Positions 55,656 through 64,000 of a stretch of 64,000 nucleotides of DNA are shown piece by piece. Positions within the stretch are counted from its first letter, which is position 1; each line of letters opens with the position of its first letter. The notes under the pieces are model-generated. The model was not told the origin of the DNA. It worked only from the letters and a program-made list of their open reading frames with translations, and searched no databases. The DNA is from an uncultured Chloroflexia bacterium (GTDB lineage Bacteria > Chloroflexota > Limnocylindria > QHBO01), in NCBI GenBank assembly GCA_963827475.1, contig CAWHAZ010000005.1:416001-480000 (forward strand), written 5' to 3'. Made by a program: the position numbers and the translations under genes.

Positions 55656-56918
55656 TCAGATCGGGTCGCGGGTGATCGGGCAGGTCATGCAGTGCCCGCC
55701 ACCTCGGCCCTTGCCCAGCTCGAACCCCTCGATGGTGACGACCTCGACGCCGGCCTCGCGCATCTTCGAGATCGTGAACGTGTTGCGCTCGTAGGCGACC
55801 ACCACGCCCGGCTCGAGGGCCACGACGTTGTTCCCATCGTCCCACTGCTCGCGCTGCTGCTGGTACGCGTCCCCGCCGGTCTCGACCACGTGGAGCTTCG
55901 CGATGCCCAGCGCGTCCTCGACCGCCGAGACGAGGTCCTTGTCCGGGCGGACGTCGAGGGTGCCCTCCTTCTCGCCGGGCCGGATGCTGAAGGCCCGGAT
56001 GCCCTCCACGACCTTGGGGAAGGCGGTCGCCTTGTCGCGGTCGAGCATGGTGAACACCGTGTCGAGGTGCATGTGGGCCCGGTCCTTGGTCATGACCGCC
56101 GCGATCACCCGGTTGGCGGCGCCCTTGGCGAACAGCGCGCGGGCGATGATCTCGATCATCCGCCCGGTGGTCCGCTCCGACATGCCGATCGCCACCGCGC
56201 CGTTGCCGATGATCTCGACGTCGCCGCCCTCCAGCGACGCCAGGCCGAAGTCCTCCGCGTGGAACCGATCGTCCTCGCCCAGCGGCGGGTACCACCAGTC
56301 GAAGCCGGCGTCGCGGAACATCGGGTGGCCGCGGTAGATGGCGGCCATGTTGTACGCCTCGCGGCGGCGGGCCGGCCAGTACATCGGATTCACCGAGACG
56401 CCGCCGTAGATCCAGCACGACGAGTCGCGCATGAACAGCGTGTTCGGCACCGGCGGCAGGATGAAGATCCGGTCGTCGTCGATCGCCGACGCGATGAGGG
56501 ACCGGCTCCCCAGCTGACCGAGGTCGAGCCCGCTCTCGCCGACGGTGAGCCCACCGATGAGATGCTTGGCGAGGACGTCCGGCGCCATGGCCGCCAGCAT
56601 GCTGCGGACGTCGTCCACCAGCGCCGGCCCGACCACGTGCTCGGTGGTGACCCGCTCGACGAGCCGCTGGCGGACGTCCGGGTTGGCGGCCAGCGCCTCC
56701 CCCAGGAGGTCCTGGACGTAGAACACCTCGGTGCCACGCTCCCGCATGCGGGCCACGAACTGGTCGTGCTCCCACTGGGCGCGCTCGACCCACAGGACGT
56801 CGTCGAACAGGAGCTCGTCGTGGTTGTCCGGCGTGAGCCGCTTCAGGCTGAGCTCAGGCCGATGGACGATGACCTGGCGCAGCTTGCCAACCTCGGAATG
56901 GACACCGAACGCGGTCAT
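55656..56918 (-). CDS. arcA: Arginine deiminase
   Basis: [42 protein letters not shown]. Confidence 0.96.
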   Translation of the reverse strand: MTAFGVHSEVGKLRQVIVHRPELSLKRLTPDNHDELLFDDVLWVERAQWEHDQFVARMRERGTEVFYVQDLLGEALAANPDVRQRLVERVTTEHVVGPALVDDVRSMLAAMAPDVLAKHLIGGLTVGESGLDLGQLGSRSLIASAIDDDRIFILPPVPNTLFMRDSSCWIYGGVSVNPMYWPARRREAYNMAAIYRGHPMFRDAGFDWWYPPLGEDDRFHAEDFGLASLEGGDVEIIGNGAVAIGMSERTTGRMIEIIARALFAKGAANRVIAAVMTKDRAHMHLDTVFTMLDRDKATAFPKVVEGIRAFSIRPGEKEGTLDVRPDKDLVSAVEDALGIAKLHVVETGGDAYQQQREQWDDGNNVVALEPGVVVAYERNTFTISKMREAGVEVVTIEGFELGKGRGGGHCMTCPITRDPI

Positions 56919-56930
56919 GCCGAACGCTCC

Positions 56931-57848
56931 TTACGAACTCGCTACGTTGGTGCCGGCGGTCCCGGCCACCATGCCGTCGATATCGGCCAGGGCACCGATG
57001 ACCGCCCGCTTGCCGGTCGCCGACGCGAACTCCACCGCGGCGTCCACCTTGGGTCCCATCGACCCGGCCGGGAACCCGTGGTCGCGGAGCTCGTCCGGGC
57101 GTGATGCGGTCGATCCGTGCCTGGTCGGGCGTGCCCCAGTCGCGGTACACCCCGTCCACGTCGGTGGCCATGATGTAGAGGTCCGCCTCCAGGTCGCGGG
57201 CGAGCAGACTGCTGGCCAGGTCCTTGTCGATGACCGCCTCGACCCCGACCAGCTGCCGGTTTGCGCCCCGGGCGTACATCGTCGGAATGCCCCCGCCCCC
57301 GGCGCAGATGATCACCACCCCCTGGTCGAGCAGCCAGCGCATCGGTCGCAGCTCGAAGATCCGCAGCGGTCGCGGGGAGGGGACGACGCGGCGCCAGTGC
57401 GGGCCGTCGGGCTTCACCGCCCAGCCCTTGTCCGCCGCCAGCGCCTTGGCCGTCGCCTCGTCGTAGATCGGTCCCACGAACTTGGTGGGGTCCCCGAATG
57501 CCGGGTCGTCGGGGTCGACCTCGACCATGGACAGGATGGTGGCCAGCGGGACCTCGAACGGAAGCCGGTTCCCGAGCTCCTGCTCGAGCAGGTACCCGAT
57601 CATGCCCTGGGTCTCGGCGCCCAGGATGTCCAACGGATAGGGCTCGACGTCGGGATACGCCGCGGCCTGGAGGGCGAGCAGCCCCACCTGCGGTCCATTG
57701 CCGTGGGACACGATCAGCTGATGTTGCCCTGCGCCACCCGCGCCAGGCCGTCGGCCGCGACCCGGACGTTCGCGCGCTGGGCGTCGGCCGTCATCGGCTC
57801 GCCGCGCTTCAGGAGCGCGTTGCCGCCGAGGGCGATCACGACACGCAT
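56931..57848 (-). CDS. arcC: Carbamate kinase; frameshifts near 57725 and 57100
   Basis: [49 protein letters not shown]. Confidence 0.93.
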
Positions 57849-57879
57849 CGGTCCGGTTCCCTCCGTTCGGCGAGTCCGC

Positions 57880-58882
57880 TCAGCTGCCGACGGTCGCCAC
57901 CATCACCGCCTTGATGGTGTGCATCCGGTTCTCGGCCTGGTCCCAGACGATCGCCCGCTCGGACTCGAACACGTCGTTCGTGACCTCCATCCCGTCGAGC
58001 CCGAAGCGCTCGAACATCTCTTCGCCGACCTTCGTGTTCCGGTCGTGGAAGGCGGGGAGGCAGTGCATGAACTTCACCTTCGGGTTCCCGGTCTTCTTCA
58101 CGAGGGCGGCGTTCACCTGGTACGGCTTGAGCAGCTTCACCCGCTCGTCCCAGACCGACGTGTCCTCGCCCATCGAGACCCACACGTCGGTGTAGAGGAA
58201 GTCGACCCCCTTGACGCCGACGGCGGGGTCATCGGTCAGGGTGACCTTGGCCCCGGTCTCCTTGGCGACCGCCTTGCACTCCGCGACGAGCTCCTTGTCC
58301 GGCCACAGGTGCTTCGGGCCGCAGAGGCGGACGTCCATGCCCATCTTCGCGCCGCCGACGAGCAGCGAGTCGCCCATGTTGTTGCGCGCGTCGCCCAGGT
58401 AGCAGTACGAGATGTCGTGGAGCGGCTTGTCGCTGAACTCGGTCATGGTCAGGAAGTCGGCCAGGATCTGGGTCGGGTGGAACTCGTCGGTCAGGCCGTT
58501 CCAGACCGGGACGCCGGCGAACTCGGCCAGCTCCTCGACGATCTCCTGGCCGAAGCCGCGGTACTCGATGCCGTCGTAGATCCGACCGAGGACGCGGGCG
58601 GTGTCCTTCATCGACTCCTTGTGACCGATCTGGGTTCCCGACGGCCCGAGGTAGGTCACGTGGGCGCCCTGGTCGTAGGCGGCGACCTCGAACGCGACCC
58701 GCGTCCGGGTGGACGATCTTCTCGAAGATGACCGCGATGTTCTTGCCGCGCATCCGCTGCTGCTCGTAGCCGCCGTACTTCGCCCGCTTCAGGTCGCGGG
58801 ACAGGTCGAGCAGGTAGTGGATCTCCCTCGGGCTGAAGTCGAGCAGCTTGGTGAAGTTGCGGTTCCGCAGGTTGTATCCCAT
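57880..58882 (-). CDS. arcB: Ornithine carbamoyltransferase (catabolic); frameshift near 58715
   Basis: FEK.STRTR (across the shift), [30 protein letters not shown]. Confidence 0.93.
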
Positions 58883-59023
58883 GGCTCACCTCGGGGCTGG
58901 GGTGTCGCTTCGAGACCGGATGGGCCGCCGGCGTGAATCTGTTCGACTCCTAGTATGCCGCCGTACGCGTCAACCGTTCGTCAAGGCGCCTCCGGCGGAG
59001 CCGGTCCGCCGCCGGCCGGTGAG

Positions 59024-59894
59024 TCAGGCGCGGAGGAGGGGGAGGGACATGCAGGTCGGCCCGCCCGAGCCGTTGAGACCGATCTCGGTGGCGGGGTAGG
59101 TATGGACCGTGCAGCCGGCCGACTCCAGCGCGCGCCGGGTGACGGGGTTGCCCTCGGCCATCACCAGCACGCCGGGGCGGACGGCGAGGACGTTGCAGCC
59201 GAGGGTCTCGTACTCCTCGTCGGGGACGGCGATGGTGTCGATCTTCAGCTCGTGCAGGAGTGACCAGAGGCCGACGGGCAGGAGCGGCGGGTAGACGACG
59301 GCGAGGTCGGGGCGGACGGGCGAGATGACCGACAGGAGATGGACGAGCTCAGTCGGGGCCCTTCCAGTAGGGCAGGTCGAAGGTCCGGACCTCGGCGTCG
59401 ACCAGAGCGGCGAGCTGACGGGCGCCGGCGTCGTTGGTGCGGAGTGATCGGCCGATGCAGAGGAGGCCGGGTCGGAGCCACAGGACGTCGCCGCCCTCGA
59501 TTCGCCCGCGAGGGCCGATGCGCCCGGCGATGCCGATGCCGGCGGTCGTGAGCCACCGGCGGACGATGCGCGGCTCACCGCTGCGGTTCGGCTTACCGGG
59601 TCGGAGGAGGATCGCGCCGGCATCGGTCACCAGCGCGGGATCGAAGGTGTAGACGAGGTCGGGGTCGTCGGTGTGGGCGACGAGGCGATGGACCCAGACG
59701 CCGAGGCTGGACAGGAGATCGGTGTAGGCGTCGTGCTCGGCCTGGGCGGTGGCGAGGTCGACCGGGTGGCGGAAGCCGTGGGCCGGGTCGTCGTACGCCG
59801 CGCCGAACGCGGCGTCGGGGCGGTGGACGAGGACCGCGCGGAGCGGCGCGGTCATCGATCGGGCGCCCCAGCGCGGGGCGCCCGCATCGGTCAT
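59024..59894 (-). CDS. Pentein (amidinotransferase/DDAH-like) hydrolase; frameshift near 59355
   Basis: YTFDPA, R.GE, IEGGD, RTN..G, HLLS.IS, GSGGPTCM. Confidence 0.8.
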
Positions 59895-59914
59895 GGCCCG
59901 GACCTCCGCGGACG

Positions 59915-60307
59915 TCAGTCCAGCTGGCTGGTGCAGTGCGGGCAGCGGGTGGCGGCGATGGGGATATCGGTCGCGCAGTGCGGGCAGGTCTTGGTGGACG
60001 CCTCTTCCTCCCTGGCCATCCGGGCGTCGAAGCCAATCTTGGGCCTGATGATCACCAGGTAGATGGCGGCGGCGACCAGGAAGAACGTGATGAGCGCGTT
60101 GAGGAACAGGCCGTAGCGGACCTCCGCCGCGCCCACGCTGACGCTCAGACCGCTGAAGTCGGGCACCCCGATCAGGCCGAGGAGCGGGGTCAGGATGTCG
60201 GCCACGAACGACGCGATGACCGCCCCGAATGCGCCCGCGACGACCACGGCCACGGCCAGCTCGACGACGTCGCCGCGCAGGATGAAATCGCGGAACCCCT
60301 TGAACAC
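59915..60307 (-). CDS. mscL: Large-conductance mechanosensitive channel with C-terminal Zn ribbon
   Basis: KGFRDFILRGDVVELAVAVV, YGLFLNALI.F, CPHC......ATRCPHCTS. Confidence 0.92.
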   Translation of the reverse strand: MFKGFRDFILRGDVVELAVAVVVAGAFGAVIASFVADILTPLLGLIGVPDFSGLSVSVGAAEVRYGLFLNALITFFLVAAAIYLVIIRPKIGFDARMAREEEASTKTCPHCATDIPIAATRCPHCTSQLD

Positions 60308-60362
60308 GGTGCCCTCCTCAAACGCTCCGGGTGGCGAGTGTAGCCCGCAGTAGGATGCCGTC

Positions 60363-61160
60363 ATGAGAGCGCTGCGAACGTCCATCAACGAGTTCTTCAC
60401 CCGCAACGACATCGTCTGGGAAGGCCTGATGGGCGCCCTGGTGATCGTGTGGATGGTCGCAAACGCGCAGCCGCCCGGACCGGTGACTGACTTCCTGACC
60501 GTCTCCATCACGATCGTATTCGCGGTCGAGTTCGCGGTGCGCTTCGCGGCCTCCTTTGACCGGCTGACATACCTCAAGGGCCACTGGATCGACCTCGTCA
60601 CCCTGGTCCCTGCCCTCCGCGGCTTCCGGCTGCTGCGCCTGCTCGTCCTGCTGCGTCATATCCGGGCCACCAGGGGCCTGGCCAACCAGATTGGGGTGCT
60701 TCAGTACCTCGCCGGCGATCTCACGATCCGCTCGCTGTTCCTCATCTGGTTCTCGGTGATGGTCGTCGCCAGCTTCCTGTTTTTCCTTGCCGAGCGCCCA
60801 GTAAATCCCAACGTCACCACCGTCTTCGACGCGGGCTGGTGGTCACTGGTCACCGCGGCCACGGTCGGGTACGGCGACATCTACCCATATACCCAGGCCG
60901 GTCGCCTCGTCGGCGTGGTCGTGATGTTGGTCGGGATCGGCAGCTTCTCGGCCCTGGCCGGCCTCATCGGCAGCTCCCTGCAGCGGCGGCGGGCTCAGCT
61001 CGCCTCCGGCATGAGCCCGCAGGCCATCAAGGAGGAGGAAGAGCAGGGCACCTCGGATCCAACCTGGCGTCTCCGGCAGCTCGAGACCCTTCGCGGCGAA
61101 GGTCTGATCACCGACGAGGAATACGCCGCCAAGCGGGCCGCTGTGGTAGCGGACCTCTAG
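60363..61160 (+). CDS. Voltage-gated-type potassium channel with C-terminal SHOCT domain
   Basis: S4-like RGFRLLRLL, filter TVGYGD, L..LR.EGLITDEEY.AKR. Confidence 0.9.
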   Translation: MRALRTSINEFFTRNDIVWEGLMGALVIVWMVANAQPPGPVTDFLTVSITIVFAVEFAVRFAASFDRLTYLKGHWIDLVTLVPALRGFRLLRLLVLLRHIRATRGLANQIGVLQYLAGDLTIRSLFLIWFSVMVVASFLFFLAERPVNPNVTTVFDAGWWSLVTAATVGYGDIYPYTQAGRLVGVVVMLVGIGSFSALAGLIGSSLQRRRAQLASGMSPQAIKEEEEQGTSDPTWRLRQLETLRGEGLITDEEYAAKRAAVVADL

Positions 61161-61173
61161 GCGGCTCTCGCGC

Positions 61174-61960
61174 GTGCGGTTGGTGACCTGGAACGTCAAC
61201 TCGCTGAAGGCCCGGCTGGAGCGGGTGCTGGCCTGGACCGAGCGCCACCAGCCCGACATCCTGTGCATGCAGGAGACGAAGCTCGCCGATGACGCAGTGC
61301 CCCTGGTGGACTTCGCGGCGCTCGGCTACGAGGTCGCCCACCACGGGACCGGAACCTGGAACGGGGTGGCGATCGCCTCACGGATTGGATTGACCGATGT
61401 CGCCGGCGGTTTGCCGGAGGGCGAAGACTGGACCGATGAGGGCGGCCGCTTCCTGGTCGCGACCTGCGGCGACGTGCGAGTGGCGACCGTTTACGTCCCG
61501 AACGGGCGGGTGGTCGGCTCGGAGTTCTACGAGGCGAAGCTGGCGTGGCTCGACCACCTCGACGCGTGGCTGCGGGCAGTGAACGACCCCTCCATGCCAC
61601 TCGCCCTCTGCGGTGACTTCAACGTGGCGCCCACCGACAACGACGTGTGGGACGCCGAGGCCGCGCATGGCGGAACCCACGTCTCCCCGCCGGAGCGGGA
61701 GCGCGTGTCGCGGCTGCTGGACTGGGGGCTGACCGACGTCCTGCACCAGTTCCACCCCGAGCCGGGCTACTTCACGTGGTGGGACTACCGCGCCGGACAC
61801 TTCCACAAGAACTTCGGCATGCGGATCGACCACGTCCTGGCGACCGCGCCACTCGCCACGCGGTGCCGTCTCCGCCGAGCGCGACCGCGACGCCCGGAAG
61901 CCAAGCACCTACCCGGGCATTCCCTCGGACCACGCCCCGGTGGTCGTGGACTTCAGCTGA
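61174..61960 (+). CDS. xth: Exodeoxyribonuclease III; frameshift near 61872
   Basis: TWNVNS, QETK, YVPNG, GDFNVAP, FTWWDYR, RIDH, PSDHAPV. Confidence 0.93.
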
Positions 61961-61970
61961 TCGATCCGCG

Positions 61971-62407
61971 TCACCGCGGTTCGAGGATGACCACCGGGAT
62001 CTCGCGGGTCGTGCGTTTGCGGTAGTCGCCGTACTGGGGAAGCGCCTCGACGAACCGGTCGTAGAGCCGTTTCGCGTCCGCCGAGCCAGCCTGGCGGGCA
62101 TGAACTCGGCGGACCTCCTTGCCGACCTCGACCTCGGTGTCGGGGTGTGCCTTCAGGTTCAGCCACCACGACGGATCGTCGTCGCGGCCGGCGTTGGAGG
62201 CCACGACGACCAGGTTCTCCCGTCGTCGACCAGGTAGTACAGGCCGTTGCGGCGCTTCTGCCCGGTCTTGCGCCCCTCGGTGTGCAGGAACAGGGTCCGC
62301 ACGCTGCCTCCGCTGGCGTTGGGGAAGGTCCATCGTCCTCCACTCAGCCTCGATAGTGCCCGGTCCTCGAGCCAGAGGATGCGGAGCAGCCAGCGGGGGA
62401 TGTTCAT
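61971..62407 (-). CDS. Deazaflavin (F420)-dependent nitroreductase family (Ddn-like); frameshift near 62220
   Basis: GRKTG..R, VVVASNAG, PSWWLNLKAHP, T.REIPVVILE. Confidence 0.88.
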
Positions 62408-63656
62408 CGGGTCGCCTTCGCGAGCTCCCGACCGATGCGAGTCCGCGGCCAGACAACCTTCTCAGCCGCCCACGAACGACAGATACGCCCGCACCGCCTC
62501 GGCCAGGGCCGGGACGAAGTGCGGCTCCTCCATCGGTCTGAACCCATCCTCGAACCAGATGCCGAGGATGTGCAGGCTGCGCGTGGCACGCTCGAATCGG
62601 GGCTCGATCCGGCCGACGAGACGGTCGCCGAACAGGATCGGCAGGACGTAGTAGCCGTGGCGCCGTTTGGATGCCGGCGATGTAGACCTCCCAGATGTAG
62701 CTGAACTCGAACAGGGTGCTGACCAGCCTGCGATCCCACAGCATCGGTCCGAGGGGAGCGAGGAACGAGACGGCCGGGACATGGTCCGGATCCGGTTGCG
62801 CCGTGGCCTCGAGGATCGGCATCTCGTCCCCGAGGATGTGGCGCGTCTCCTTGAGGCCCTCCACCCGGACGGGGACGAGGGTGCCGTCCTCGATCAGCTC
62901 GGCGGTCATCCGCCGGCGTTCGGGAGCGGTTCCGGTACCCCAGACCAGCTCGGCCGCGCCACTCTCGGCCATGAGACCCACGCCTCGATGGCGCGAGATG
63001 AGCCGGTGCCGGATCTGTTCCGATTCCGGCGCATGCTCGGCGAGCAGTCCGGCCGGGACCAGGCGCTCGATCAGGTCGTAGAAGCGGCGGCTGCCCTCCC
63101 GGCGGGAGATCCCGAGCTCACCGGCGACGAACATCGCCTCCATCACCGCGCGCGCCGCCCGGGTCGAGGGCGGCTGGTTGCTGTCCCACCACCAGTTGAT
63201 CAGGTGGCCGTGGTCGCGGAACGCGGCGGTGGAGACCGGTCCGGTGTCGCGGATGTGGCCCCGGATGCGGTCGGCCAGGTCGCGATGCTCGTCCAGGAAC
63301 TCGGTGTAGTTCGTCAGGCCGCGGGTCCACGACAGGCGGTAGTAGGGCAGCTCGGCGATCGGGACGATGCTGAGCATCTTGTTGTACAGCTCGATCAGCT
63401 GACGCTCGTCGCGGGGCGCGTAGAGCCACTGGTCGGCCCACTCCCGGCGGTAGTCGCGGATGCGGGCCTGGAGCACCAGGTCGTGGTTTCGGCCGCCGGG
63501 CACCTCGAGCGGGTCGAACTGCAGGCTGCCGATGCGGTCGATGACGCGGAGGACCGATTCCGGCTTCGCCGGCAGGGAGCGTGGCGGGTCCAGCAGCTGG
63601 CGGCGGACGAGAAAGCGCCGGGCGTGGTCGGCCGCGATCGGGCGAGGATCGGTCAT
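62404..63656 (-). CDS. ycaQ: YcaQ/AlkZ-like (HTH_42) interstrand-crosslink DNA glycosylase; frameshifts near 62680 and 62460
   Basis: LQFDPL (QxD motif), R..DL.L..R, R.YDL.ER, Y.WEVY, R.HGYYVLPIL.GD.LVGR. Confidence 0.85.
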
Positions 63657-63706
63657 GGGCTGACCGATGCTAGACGAACCCCGCCAGCCGGTCGCACACT
63701 GCACCC

Positions 63707-64000
63707 ATGACGACAGAGCATCTCCCACCGGGGTACGCGACCGGCTCGAAGGCGGACGCTCCCGGACCCGATGACGCCGCGCGACGAGCGCTGCGCGTGA
63801 CGCTGCTGACCACCGAGCACTGGAGCCTGCTGGCGACACGAAGCCTTTCGTGGAACGAGTCGTTCGCCCGGGCCGGCATGTTCCTGACCGTCCTGACCGG
63901 CGCGGTGGTGGCCCTGGCCCTGGTGGCGCAGGCCACCGCCTTCGGAAGCGCCTTCACCACCTTCGCCCTCCTCGTCCTGCCCGTGGTCTTCTTCGTCGGC
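63707..64000 (+). CDS. Conserved hypothetical membrane protein, partial; frameshift near 63760
   Basis: LTTEHWSLLATRSLSWNESFARAGMFL followed by TM segments; -10 CACACT 6 nt upstream. Confidence 0.6.
   Translation, partial: MTTEHLPPGYATGSKADAPGPDDAARRALRVTLLTTEHWSLLATRSLSWNESFARAGMFLTVLTGAVVALALVAQATAFGSAFTTFALLVLPVVFFVG

Noticed and set aside
59915-59995. Zn ribbon on MscL as a novelty
   Set aside because: C-terminal CPxC...RCPxCTS MscL variants are already widespread
63657-63706. SOS box upstream of ycaQ
   Set aside because: Only a CGAAC half-site; no GTTC at the right spacing

Overview
High-GC bacterial chromosomal window made almost entirely of housekeeping, stress and metabolic genes. 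Gene content and Cheo-type SOS boxes suggest a monoderm, plausibly Chloroflexota (inference). Order: epimerase; lipoprotein; Aap/Bzt-type amino-acid ABC transporter; tRNA-Ala(CGC); a LexA-boxed imuA-imuB-small ORF operon; F420/GNAT/membrane genes; a separately LexA-boxed dnaE2 with a large insertion; DUF2330/cupredoxin; VIT1; bioY; PyrR-controlled carAB (CarB lacks the MGS domain); a lamin-tail/OB-fold surface protein; nucleoside phosphorylase; a small Zn-ribbon protein; ROK-gap-pgk-eno; rpsT with a long basic tail; vanW-like; lepA; a two-component system plus ABC exporter; a cyclase-STAND protein; CIRCE-hrcA-grpE-dnaK; an arginine deiminase cluster with two transporters and an extra pentein; mscL; a K+ channel; xth; an F420 nitroreductase; ycaQ. 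No mobile elements or CRISPR arrays were seen. About 25 single-base frameshifts, densest after 52 kb, look like long-read consensus errors. The best candidate for an undescribed system is a re-architected mutasome: fingers-deleted ImuB, a detached ImuB C-terminal domain, and a DnaE2 with a ~140-aa insert. All calls come from reading motifs by eye; no database searches were run.
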